Origin: a virus
Lineage: Duplodnaviria; Caudoviricetes
DNA: 39,402 nucleotides
Virus record (IMG/VR): IMGVR_UViG_3300005077_000043
Location: 1-39,402 of that record
Direction: 5' to 3' (one strand)
The translations under genes and the position numbers were made by a program. Of this stretch, positions 1 through 7,739 are shown piece by piece. The notes beneath the pieces were generated by a model, which saw only the letters and a program-made list of their open reading frames with translations, had not been told where the DNA came from and ran no database searches. Position 1 is the stretch's first letter. Every line of letters begins with the position of its first letter.

Positions 1-289
1 CCTTCAGGACTTCCAAAAATGGCGAGTCCTCAATCAGGATGAAATCAAGGGCCTGCAAATTGAACTCGGCCTGACGTCGCAGTATCTCCGCAAGGAAATT
101 GGCCGCATGGAGAACTGGCTTATCAAATATGAGCATTCGGCGCGATCTAAAAAGACCGACTGGTACAAATTCATGAAAAATTGGTTGCCGAATAATAATA
201 AGAACGGAGGAAAAGGGAACAATGGAAAATCAAAACGACGCATCTCGGACTTCGGCGAAGGTTCTACCGGACAGTCTGCTATGCCGTAA
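1..289 (+). CDS. Putative replication initiator (C-terminal part; 5' end probably at 39332 if circular)
   Basis: Frame open from base 2 (LQDFQKW...EIGRMENWL...KKTDWYKFMKNWL); W...W..F..NWL pattern resembles C-termini of phage replication initiators; overlaps a DnaC-like gene. Confidence 0.55.
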   Translation, partial: LQDFQKWRVLNQDEIKGLQIELGLTSQYLRKEIGRMENWLIKYEHSARSKKTDWYKFMKNWLPNNNKNGGKGNNGKSKRRISDFGEGSTGQSAMP

Positions 290-935
290 ATGCGGCGAAC
301 TGAGCGAAGAAGACAAGCGGCTGTTGTCTCTGAACTTTGTGGCCCGGCTCGGATTCCCGAAACGACTCTGGGAATGCCAATTTGACGGCCGCCACGGGAC
401 TATAGAGGGGAAATTGTTGAAGCTATCTACTGTCGGGGTAGAATTCTCTGGCGTCGTCTTGGCGGGGCTCCCAGGGCGCGGGAAATCGGCGGCGCTTGTT
501 TCAATGGCTAAAGCATTTCTGATTTCCCGGTTTTATTCCCCCCAGGACTCTCCTCCCGTCAGATATATTCTAAACTATTTTCTTGCCGTGACCGAGTACA
601 TCCACTACCGAGACTTCAGCGCCATGATCCGCGATAGCCTGAAAAAGGATTCTGAGCAGGATTTGGCCGAACTCATGGAAACCTGGAAGCGGCCGACGTT
701 GCTTATCATCGATGACATGATGGACGGCAACGTGACGGACTGGGACCTTCAACAGCTCGGCGAAATCATCGATTATCGATATTCAAACATGAAACCGACT
801 TGGATTACAACGAACATATCGGCGAAAGACCTGTCTGTCTGGCCCGGATTCGAGCGATCGTATTCCCGCTTGGCCGACAAGTCGTGGTGCCTGTACTTCG
901 AATTCAAGGGCCCGGATTATAGGAGGAACCCGTGA
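222..935 (+). CDS. DnaC/IstB-like AAA+ ATPase (helicase loader)
   Basis: Walker A GLPGRGKS, Walker B LLIIDD, IIDYRY..KPTWITTN, R..SRL and G.DYR C-terminal motifs. Confidence 0.9.
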   Translation: MENQNDASRTSAKVLPDSLLCRKCGELSEEDKRLLSLNFVARLGFPKRLWECQFDGRHGTIEGKLLKLSTVGVEFSGVVLAGLPGRGKSAALVSMAKAFLISRFYSPQDSPPVRYILNYFLAVTEYIHYRDFSAMIRDSLKKDSEQDLAELMETWKRPTLLIIDDMMDGNVTDWDLQQLGEIIDYRYSNMKPTWITTNISAKDLSVWPGFERSYSRLADKSWCLYFEFKGPDYRRNP

Positions 936-1120
936 GACTGATAAAATATCAAGCAAGGGGCAAGTTCAATATCATGTTTTCCGTGACGGTTGACGACGAC
1001 CTGAACGGCCGGATACTGGCGGCATGTGCAGCTCATGATTGGAATAAATGCGACCTGATCCGGTATTTGTGCGACAAATATCTGCCGGAAACAAAGAAAA
1101 ACAAGGAGTATCAATTATGA
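932..1120 (+). CDS. Ribbon-helix-helix (CopG/Arc-like) DNA-binding protein
   Basis: FSVTVDDDLNGRILAACAAHDWNKCDLIRYLCDKYL: beta strand plus two helices; GTGA coupling to upstream gene. Confidence 0.65.
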   Translation: MRLIKYQARGKFNIMFSVTVDDDLNGRILAACAAHDWNKCDLIRYLCDKYLPETKKNKEYQL

Positions 1121-1557
1121 AGTGGGGATTTTATATTAATCCGCAAAAAGGTGAACCAGTGCTGTCATTTAGGGCTAAATCGTTCATCGACGCTACCAAG
1201 ACATTGCTTGTCTCGCTTACATTTAAGAGGGGTGAGGCCCCTGATTTCATGGTAAGGACAAGGGAATTGACAAATCTGGCGAAGAAGACGCTCGGCCTCA
1301 CCGGGCAATTTTTCTATGTGTACAACCTTGATGTCTTAGGCAACACAATAACTGTATGCCCGCCAATCATAACCGAGGAAGGCGCGGTCGAATTCGACCC
1401 GAATAAGTACGAGAAATACGTCAGGGATGAGTATTGGCCGGTTGAAATCATTGACTGTGAAACATTATCAGGAATCGGGGCGCTTATGCCGAAGCTGTCC
1501 ATTGGCTTACCAGAAATAAGCCCGGTCAAAACGAGCCATATACAGGTGGTCAAATAA
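1117..1557 (+). CDS. Hypothetical protein
   Basis: ATG at 1117 overlaps upstream TGA, AAGGAG SD; preferred over the 1048 start. Confidence 0.65.
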   Translation: MKWGFYINPQKGEPVLSFRAKSFIDATKTLLVSLTFKRGEAPDFMVRTRELTNLAKKTLGLTGQFFYVYNLDVLGNTITVCPPIITEEGAVEFDPNKYEKYVRDEYWPVEIIDCETLSGIGALMPKLSIGLPEISPVKTSHIQVVK

Positions 1558-1582
1558 CGTTGACAGAAAGGGGATAAATTTT

Positions 1583-1840
1583 ATGTCGGAAAAAGAAGAA
1601 ATGCCCTTATCCGAAAAAAAGATTATGCGGAAAAAATGTGATGCCTGCGACGAAGGCTTTGCGGTCAATGAATTATCTCTGATCGCCAGAGGGGTGACGA
1701 GGCTTCTTAACGTGTGCTCGGCCTGTACTTTACGTCCGATTATCGACCTGGCACGCATTGCCCATAAAGACAAAACGATCAATCGTGCTGTTTTATCAAG
1801 GTATCTTCCTCGACAATCCGACAAATGGAGGTCTCGATGA
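1583..1840 (+). CDS. Small putative Zn-binding protein
   Basis: CDAC and CSAC pairs; purine-rich SD (AAGGGG). Confidence 0.6.
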   Translation: MSEKEEMPLSEKKIMRKKCDACDEGFAVNELSLIARGVTRLLNVCSACTLRPIIDLARIAHKDKTINRAVLSRYLPRQSDKWRSR

Positions 1841-1995
1841 CTATAACTCTATTTGGGGTTTTGGGAATACTAATCCTTTATGTTGCCGGGATTGTCGGGT
1901 TGCTTCTGATTTTGAAATATATCGTGAAGCGGGTAATCCGCGATACAAGAGACAAGAAGGGAGGCGACGATGACGTAAAAAGCCATAATACATAA
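1837..1995 (+). CDS. Small single-pass membrane protein (52 aa, below ORF-track cutoff)
   Basis: GGAGG SD, ATGA overlap; MTITLFGVLGILILYVAGIVGLLLILKYIVKR followed by charged tail. Confidence 0.65.
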   Translation: MTITLFGVLGILILYVAGIVGLLLILKYIVKRVIRDTRDKKGGDDDVKSHNT

Positions 1996-2023
1996 GCCCA
2001 TTAGCTCTATTTATTCAGGCATG

Positions 2024-2059
2024 AAAAAGCCCCGGAAGGTTTCCCCCCTGGGGCTTTTT
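2024..2059. terminator. Bidirectional intrinsic terminator between convergent operons
   Basis: AAAAAGCCCCGG...CTGGGGCTTTTT: GC stem flanked by A-tract and T-tract. Confidence 0.8.
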
Positions 2060-2080
2060 CTTTGGGGTATTACAATGGGG

Positions 2081-2179
2081 TTATTTTGTCACATCGATTA
2101 TTATTCTGGCTATCGCCAACGCCGCAACTACTACAAAAATGATTTTCAACAATTTGATCCGTCCGGTAGTTTCCTTCAT
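2081..2179 (-). CDS. Small membrane peptide (32 aa)
   Basis: MKETTGRIKLLKIIFVVVAALAIARIIIDVTK; ATGA overlap with upstream gene. Confidence 0.45.
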   Translation of the reverse strand: MKETTGRIKLLKIIFVVVAALAIARIIIDVTK

Positions 2180-2313
2180 AGCCGATATCCGAATTCGCCG
2201 GTGCAAATCAGGCCGACAGCAATCAGCGCCCAAAGGCCGAGTATGACGAATACAATCATGATATAGTGCCACCAGTCCAGTTTCTTCACGCATTCCCATA
2301 ATGGATATTTCAT
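2176..2313 (-). CDS. Small membrane protein (45 aa)
   Basis: MKYPLW...YIMIVFVILGLWALIAVGLIC; start overlaps stop of 2313..2681. Confidence 0.55.
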   Translation of the reverse strand: MKYPLWECVKKLDWWHYIMIVFVILGLWALIAVGLICTGEFGYRL

Positions 2314-2681
2314 CACGCTTCCCCCTTCTCGATTTTCCGCGCCACTTCCGCTGGTACGGTCTGTTTGTATTCGGTATTGATCTTTTCCAGTTCGCTCAAT
2401 ACGATGTTCTGGCAATCGAGCAATACCGTCAAAAGCCGTTTGTCCCGGAGTTCAGGGTCGCGCCGCCTTGTTTCAAATTTTAGCCGGGTAATATGATTAT
2501 TCAATTCCAACAACCCCCGAACCGTGCCACCGCTCGGAAATGCCCGCAGAACGTCGTCAGCGGCTTCCTGTGCGTATCTTTCCTGCTTCTCCGGCTCCGA
2601 GGCCGTCGATTCGAGTTCGGCCTGTATATCGTCTCTCACTTCTTGCTCAAAATCTTCCATACGGTCGTAATGCTCTGACAT
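2313..2681 (-). CDS. Hypothetical acidic helical protein
   Basis: 122 aa ORF, AAGGAG SD, part of leftward operon. Confidence 0.7.
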   Translation of the reverse strand: MSEHYDRMEDFEQEVRDDIQAELESTASEPEKQERYAQEAADDVLRAFPSGGTVRGLLELNNHITRLKFETRRRDPELRDKRLLTVLLDCQNIVLSELEKINTEYKQTVPAEVARKIEKGEA

Positions 2682-2706
2682 AGTTTACTCCTTTTCTTTT
2701 AATTAT

Positions 2707-2943
2707 TTACCATGAGGATTGATATTCAAATACGTAATAGGGCTTACAATCGTCTTGCCCGCCTTGCACGTTCTCAACAAACCATCGGTGGATTGCGTTG
2801 GCTTTACGCCAATACATTGCTTCAAATATTACCTCTTGTACCTCCATCCCAATATCGGGGAACTGGTCGGCAACTACTTTTTTAAAGTAGTCCTCTCCGT
2901 GCCGGAGAAAACACCTAGCATTAAGATACATATCAAGTCCCAT
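2707..2943 (-). CDS. Conserved phage protein of the MGLDMYL/YWRKAN type, apparently internally deleted
   Basis: MGLDMYL, YWRKANAIHRWFV, DDC and terminal YQSSW motifs; AAGGAG SD; shorter than homologues as I recall them. Confidence 0.65.
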   Translation of the reverse strand: MGLDMYLNARCFLRHGEDYFKKVVADQFPDIGMEVQEVIFEAMYWRKANAIHRWFVENVQGGQDDCKPYYVFEYQSSW

Positions 2944-2946
2944 AAT

Positions 2947-3111
2947 TTACTCCTTTATCCATGAATATAAGAATCCAATCGCAAACAGCGCGCACAGAAC
3001 AATGTCGTACTCGTAATAATCCCACGGGATAAACCAGTAGTCGAACATTGCCAGCATACCGAACGCCACCATGAGTATGCCGCAACCGATCATGTTTTTA
3101 ACCTGCTTCAT
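2947..3111 (-). CDS. Small two-TM membrane protein (54 aa, not in track)
   Basis: MKQVKNMIGCGILMVAFGMLAMFDYWFIPWDYYEYDIVLCALFAIGFLYSWIKE; AAGGAG SD. Confidence 0.65.
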   Translation of the reverse strand: MKQVKNMIGCGILMVAFGMLAMFDYWFIPWDYYEYDIVLCALFAIGFLYSWIKE

Positions 3112-3114
3112 TGG

Positions 3115-3531
3115 TTACTCCTTCCTGCCGACAACTGAGTGGATGATTGCAATAACATCAACGCCTTCGGCTTCGGCGGCGGCATGGGCGGCATAGGCAG
3201 ATATTTTTGTTCTATCTTCTCCTGATAGCCACCTCTCAGCCCACGACAGCCATTTATCGTCTTTATAGACAACCATTACACAGCGAATCGCAATCTCGAC
3301 CCGTTGTCCGGCCGTCATCTCCGGAATAGGGATTTCTTTTAATGTCGTGCCCGACATGCATCCGCATTTTGTGCCATCAGATATCGTTTCTCCATGCGGC
3401 TCAAAAGCCCATAGCTTCATATTGTTATTAAAGTCTCCGTGTATTGGATTAAAAAACACGGCTTGATACTCGTCAAACGCGTCTCGAAGCTTGTGGTAAT
3501 CCATGCTTTCTTGATTTTCATTGGTTGACAT
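3115..3531 (-). CDS. Conserved phage protein (NPIH...WAERWLSGEDR + Ala-rich tail)
   Basis: Motifs recognised from common phage hypothetical proteins; GAGG SD. Confidence 0.65.
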   Translation of the reverse strand: MSTNENQESMDYHKLRDAFDEYQAVFFNPIHGDFNNNMKLWAFEPHGETISDGTKCGCMSGTTLKEIPIPEMTAGQRVEIAIRCVMVVYKDDKWLSWAERWLSGEDRTKISAYAAHAAAEAEGVDVIAIIHSVVGRKE

Positions 3532-3538
3532 AGCGTCC

Positions 3539-3835
3539 TCATCGGTTAATGGTTTCGTTCAATAGTATATTTCCAATTTTTGTTTTCATAGCGGCCGCGT
3601 CCGACCATTCCTTTACAGTAACCGGGACCTCGTACCAACGCCCACCACCCCCAAAAAAACTGAAAGCCCATTGGTTGTTGCGATGGGCCGATAATGTGAC
3701 TTTGGTCCCAACCCATTTTGATATATAACGGGCACAGTTGCCGCCATGGGTCAGAACGGCCGCCATACTAACAAGCCCAAGTTCGGACTGAGCCGCCCTT
3801 AATATCTTTTTGTATTCTCTATCGGTGGTCCTCAT
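3539..3835 (-). CDS. Hypothetical protein
   Basis: Start MRTTDRE after GGGGG SD, removes overlap with upstream ORF. Confidence 0.6.
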   Translation of the reverse strand: MRTTDREYKKILRAAQSELGLVSMAAVLTHGGNCARYISKWVGTKVTLSAHRNNQWAFSFFGGGGRWYEVPVTVKEWSDAAAMKTKIGNILLNETINR

Positions 3836-3845
3836 CCTGTCCCCC

Positions 3846-4076
3846 TTATAGCTCTTTACGGTTTTTGACAATCGGGATCCCGAGCATATCCGCCACAGAA
3901 GGCGCCGGCGGTGGCGCAGGCTTGACGATCCGCCCAGACTCGTCATCTGTATCGCCTAAAAACAAATCGACCGTCTGGCGGTCTCTGAATTCGTCTAACG
4001 CTTTTCTGGTCTTCTTGCGCGGCATTCTTTGCGGCTCGCCGGTGAAGATATCGCGGGTCTTATAGTCAAATTTCAT
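3846..4076 (-). CDS. Hypothetical protein with Pro-rich tail
   Basis: ORF tiles leftward operon; start uncertain (4076 or 4094). Confidence 0.55.
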   Translation of the reverse strand: MKFDYKTRDIFTGEPQRMPRKKTRKALDEFRDRQTVDLFLGDTDDESGRIVKPAPPPAPSVADMLGIPIVKNRKEL

Positions 4077-4090
4077 TTGATCCGCCCTTC

Positions 4091-4408
4091 TCAATTCAAT
4101 CGATTATTGACATAGCCCACAAGCCAGCGCTCAAGATCTGGGCTGATTTCCATCCGGCGCCATACCTGGCACTGCATTTTAGATACAACCGGCTCCCATA
4201 AAACAACCTCATTGCCATATTGCACCGAGCCCCAGAACAGCGACCGATTAAACACCATCGACACCAAAGGCAAAGATCGCGTCTTCCGATAATCCTTTAA
4301 TCGGATCAATTCCGGCAACTGGTGACATGTGCCGCCCTGGACTCCGAGAAGGTTAAACAGCTCGGCGCGGGTCTTCTCTTCGTGTGGGTAAGGGTAAGTT
4401 TTTTTCAT
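4091..4408 (-). CDS. Hypothetical protein
   Basis: 105 aa, AAGGGG SD, tiles operon. Confidence 0.6.
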   Translation of the reverse strand: MKKTYPYPHEEKTRAELFNLLGVQGGTCHQLPELIRLKDYRKTRSLPLVSMVFNRSLFWGSVQYGNEVVLWEPVVSKMQCQVWRRMEISPDLERWLVGYVNNRLN

Positions 4409-4417
4409 ATTATCCCC

Positions 4418-4621
4418 TTATGGTTTGAAAAAAGATATCTCAACTTTTGCCTGCTCTATGGCGCGGCTTACGTCCTGGCATACGCTGTCATTTATCAGCC
4501 GCGCCGCTCGACGCGCTACCGATTTCGGTACTCCATCGGTACGCCGATCGCTCGGTTGACCAATAATATCAACGTACCATTTTTGGCCGATATAGCCGCC
4601 TTTTGTCGCGATTGCTTTCAT
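4418..4621 (-). CDS. Hypothetical protein
   Basis: 67 aa, AGGAGG SD. Confidence 0.65.
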   Translation of the reverse strand: MKAIATKGGYIGQKWYVDIIGQPSDRRTDGVPKSVARRAARLINDSVCQDVSRAIEQAKVEISFFKP

Positions 4622-4653
4622 TTTATTGCCTCCTATATAGTGTTAAGTTTAAC

Positions 4654-4687
4654 GCTCAGACCGAGCCACAGAATGACCCGGCCTGGG
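4654..4687 (-). other. Intergenic RNA hairpin, copy 1
   Basis: Minus strand CCCAGGCCGGGTCA-TTCTG-TGGCTCGGTCTGAGC, 12-bp stem with G-U pairs. Confidence 0.65.
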
Positions 4688-4697
4688 GGTTAAGCTC

Positions 4698-4913
4698 TCA
4701 CTTCCATTCGTTTTTTTGGCCCTTAAGGATTTCCATCTCTGCGGCGATTTCACCAATAACACCATCAAAAAGAATTGCTTGCCCGCTACATCTACGACAC
4801 CAAATAGCGTCCAACCCGAAGAAGTTGCGAATAACTTTCTCCCCGTGTTCCTCAAGTTTATCCGCAAACCAGCTTGTGACGATCCAATGCTCAAGGATTT
4901 CCGGTTTCCGCAC
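4698..4913 (-). pseudogene. C-terminal fragment of a conserved phage protein (EHWIV...W.R...GQAI..D)
   Basis: No SD before the GTG; begins at apparent deletion junction. Confidence 0.45.
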
Positions 4914-4962
4914 AAACGGACTTGAACTTGGCTATTATTTCCCTTGGATCATCTTGATACAT
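4891..4962 (-). pseudogene. Truncated small phage gene MYQDDPREIIAKFKSVCAETGNP
   Basis: GGAG SD 9 nt upstream; stops right after CAETG. Confidence 0.45.
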
Positions 4963-4990
4963 TTTTCATTACTCCGGTTAATAGTTAAAA

Positions 4991-5025
4991 GCTCAGACAG
5001 GCGCCCGAATAGGCGCCCGCCTGGG
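4991..5025 (-). other. Intergenic RNA hairpin, copy 2
   Basis: Minus strand CCCAGGCGGGCGCCT-ATTC-GGGCGCCTGTCTGAGC, same base as copy 1. Confidence 0.65.
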
Positions 5026-5028
5026 ATC

Positions 5029-5211
5029 TCAACTCTTGCGCTTATAGATATTAAGGCCCAGGACCGCGCCGCTATCATGATCAAGCGGCTTATTGCCGGA
5101 TGTCGTCGCAATAACGATAGTCTTGCCGGTCTTAGATGGCCCGGCCTCTTTTGACAGATCCACCATAATAGTCAGGATGTCGCCATCGATTTTTGTTTCT
5201 ACGTTAATCAT
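5029..5211 (-). CDS. Small conserved beta-rich protein (first gene of leftward operon)
   Basis: LTIMVDLSKEAGPSKTGKTIVIATTSGN...GLNIY motif seen in small bacterial/phage proteins; GGAG SD before ATG 5211. Confidence 0.75.
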   Translation of the reverse strand: MINVETKIDGDILTIMVDLSKEAGPSKTGKTIVIATTSGNKPLDHDSGAVLGLNIYKRKS

Positions 5212-5273
5212 TTTCACATCTCCCATAGGTTAATCGGTTAATTTCGCCCTTATAGTACTCTATCACTATCGGC

Positions 5274-5302
5274 ACTATAACCAATTACTTTAACCTTGTC
5301 AA
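5274..5302 (-). promoter_or_regulatory. Sigma70-type promoter of leftward operon
   Basis: TTGACA-17 nt-TATAGT on minus strand, A-rich upstream tract. Confidence 0.8.
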
Positions 5303-5886
5303 GTCTTTTTTTGTCTTTTCCTGTATTTTTTTGTTCTATCCTATCTTAATCTCTACCCTAAATCAACCTAACTTTGTGATACTTTTGACCTTATATGTGG
5401 TAATATCCCTAAAAAACTTCTCTAACAGGCACGCTTTCTGTTTTATTATATTATTATATATTAATCCTCCCTCCCACTAACTTACCTATCTACCCCCAAT
5501 CTTACCACCACCCCCAAATCCACCACCATCATATACACTCTAATCTCTATACCACCTCCAATCACAACCAAACCACCTCAAACAGGCAGCAATCAATCAA
5601 TGCCCTTTTATTGTGCAAGGATTGCAATTCTGCAACCTTCCTCGTTATAGGTGTTTTTACCTATTCGTATAGGTAGTTCTACTTATGTCGGTTTTCTGGA
5701 CAGTTGTGTTTGCCCCTGTATTATATGGTGTACTGTATGGAATACAGTGCGTAGGCTCTAGGCCCGACCATGGCGCCCATAGCCCACCAGCCCACCGGGT
5801 CAGGAGCGCACCACGCAGGCACCCGGGCGCCCCATAGTATAGTATAGAGGACAACAGGCCGCACATGAACACGATCAAGCATGCTG

Positions 5887-5920
5887 TGCAAATCCTTGCA
5901 TATATGTGCAAAAGATTGCA
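5887..5920. promoter_or_regulatory. Tandem pair of TGCAA-N4-TTGCA palindromes
   Basis: 5887-5900 TGCAAATCCTTGCA and 5907-5920 TGCAAAAGATTGCA, 20 bp apart. Confidence 0.7.
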
Positions 5921-6230
5921 ATAATACGTAATGGCTCAGATTCGGTCGGCCCCAGGCACCCCCTTAGTTATGGATTTAAGTCCTCCGCGTAAAATTTCCA
6001 AAAATTTTTTTTGGTGTATGGGGGTATTGATATGGGGTGATGGTTGGTGGTAGGTTATGGGATATTTGGGCATTTTAGGGGTAAGATATTGACAAATATA
6101 TTTCTTCGTAAGATGTTCTAATTTTTTTAGTGGTTGGTATAATTTTTATATTGCGGAGTAATATTGGATGTGTTTATATTGGGTTTGCATAGTGATCCTT
6201 CGTTTGTCGTTTATGGTTGTTTTGTGGATG

Positions 6231-6295
6231 AAGGCGGCTTCTTTTCCCGGTTGGGGTCTTAGCCCCCCATAAGGGAATTGAGGCCGTCTTTTTTT
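6231..6295 (+). terminator. Long hairpin plus U-tract
   Basis: AAGGCGGCTTC/GAGGCCGTCTT outer stem, TTCCC/GGGAA and TGGGG/CCCCA inner stems, then T-run. Confidence 0.6.
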
Positions 6296-6362
6296 ATGTT
6301 GACATTGGTGGTGGGGTTTTGGTATGGTTTGGTTGGATGTTTTAGAGAAGGAGGATGTGAAT

Positions 6363-6806
6363 ATGGGTGATAACAGATATCGGGGTTCAGAAGATCGGCC
6401 GATGATTGTGTGTAATAAATGTGAGGGGCTGACTGCGCTGCCATTGCCTGGAGAGATTACGAGGGTAAGGATTGGGATGAGTGGTGGTTATTTTGATGTC
6501 AAGTCGATGGTTTGCCGGCACTGTAAAACTACGATGGTTCTTCGGCCTGTGGTGCGGGTATATCTTGATGGTCGGGAGGAGTGGTACCGAGCCCTTGAAA
6601 ATGTTGCTGATGGGCATCTTAATGATTTTGGATGTACGCCGCATCGGGAAGCTATCCGCCGCCAGCCGCGGGAGATCGATAAGTACATCATTTTCCCTGA
6701 TGGGGAGAAGGTGCTGGTGACGAGTACCCTGTCCGATGTCTACCTGTCTGAGGGGCCACCAGATCTTCGATGGCTCGAAGGCGCCGGTACCAGGCCAAAG
6801 GATTAG
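6363..6806 (+). CDS. Zn-finger-containing hypothetical protein
   Basis: CNKC and CRHC pairs; GGAGG SD; TTGACA at 6299 upstream. Confidence 0.65.
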   Translation: MGDNRYRGSEDRPMIVCNKCEGLTALPLPGEITRVRIGMSGGYFDVKSMVCRHCKTTMVLRPVVRVYLDGREEWYRALENVADGHLNDFGCTPHREAIRRQPREIDKYIIFPDGEKVLVTSTLSDVYLSEGPPDLRWLEGAGTRPKD

Positions 6807-6954
6807 ACCCGCGGAACTGTTTTGATTTCAAGACTGTTCCATTCTTCTCTGCTACATCAAGAACAGCGATCTGATAATCCGACAGTTCGATACCAAGTAC
6901 TTCCTTGGCAAACGTCTTCAAACTCATTTGCTGCAAGGCGTCATTGGTTTCCAC
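6688..6954 (-). CDS. Small protein resembling a terminase N-terminal segment
   Basis: FAKEVLGIELSDYQIAVL; GAGG SD; 3' end overlaps convergent gene. Confidence 0.45.
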   Translation of the reverse strand: METNDALQQMSLKTFAKEVLGIELSDYQIAVLDVAEKNGTVLKSKQFRGSNPLAWYRRLRAIEDLVAPQTGRHRTGYSSPAPSPHQGK

Positions 6955-7153
6955 AAACTACCTCATTTGTCATGTTTTTCACTTTCTGATAGCATGAATC
7001 GCATATCCAGCCACTCCGGTGCCAGTGCCATTCCTTTGAAGATCGGCACGAGCAACCGCCCGGGATAAAGCCGATCCAATCCATACCCGGCCCGGCAACT
7101 ACTCCTGGGCAACAATAATCCTCATCCGGATAAAGGGCCTTATTCTTTTTCAT
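6941..7153 (-). CDS. Small Cys/Trp-rich protein
   Basis: CAGGAGG SD before ATG 7153; CC, CSC, CDSC motifs. Confidence 0.6.
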   Translation of the reverse strand: MKKNKALYPDEDYCCPGVVAGPGMDWIGFIPGGCSCRSSKEWHWHRSGWICDSCYQKVKNMTNEVVCGNQ

Positions 7154-7332
7154 ATCCACATCCTCCTGTGGTAAGAATACTACATCAACAAACCATATTG
7201 CAATATAAAATATTCCCGAAAATACATACAGCGATTTCCCGTAACTGAATATGCTATGTAAACTCACTTACGAGAAAATATTCAAGCATCACTTCAAGTA
7301 TTTTTTATAACCCTTTAATACATATCAATGTT

Positions 7333-7346
7333 TGCAAATCTTTGCA
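7333..7346. promoter_or_regulatory. TGCAA-N4-TTGCA palindrome
   Basis: TGCAAATCTTTGCA in AT-rich divergent intergenic region. Confidence 0.65.
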
Positions 7347-7515
7347 CACTATTAATATTCTATCCAAAATACTTATAAACAACCTATTAATCCTCAATGA
7401 ATTATAATTTTTTTTAAAAAAATGCTTGCTTAAAAGTTTTAACATTTGTATATAAAAACACCCGTAATTTCCGAGGGGTTCCAGTACCGGAAACCTAAAC
7501 CCATTGGAGGTTTGT

Positions 7516-7731
7516 ATGCCCACACATTTTGGAACCAATAAACACCTTGTGCGCATTGTCGTCGACAATCGCATATTCCATATTTCAAAAAACGCCAAAG
7601 ACGACATCACGCGAATTTTGACGCCGTACAAAAATTCTTCTGTCCCGATGCCAAACGCGACGGCGACAACCGGCCGCGCCGAAGAAGCCGCCGCTAAGAA
7701 GGAATCAAAGAAAAGGGCCAACAAGGAGTAG
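7516..7731 (+). CDS. Small basic hypothetical protein
   Basis: GGAGG SD before ATG 7516. Confidence 0.65.
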   Translation: MPTHFGTNKHLVRIVVDNRIFHISKNAKDDITRILTPYKNSSVPMPNATATTGRAEEAAAKKESKKRANKE

Positions 7732-7739
7732 GGACTATC

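Larger units (their letters stand above)
5330..6350. other. Non-coding control region with C-rich to G-rich skew switch (candidate origin or packaging/terminus region)
   Basis: 5460-5600 almost G-free, 6010-6350 C-poor; lies between divergent operons. Confidence 0.55.

Noticed and set aside
4322-5154. Plus-strand ORFs of 123 and 183 aa
   Set aside because: Antisense to a tightly tiled leftward operon with SD sites and promoter
5460-6350. CRISPR array or exact inverted terminal repeat
   Set aside because: Low-complexity skewed sequence without regular repeat-spacer units; arms are not reverse-complement matches
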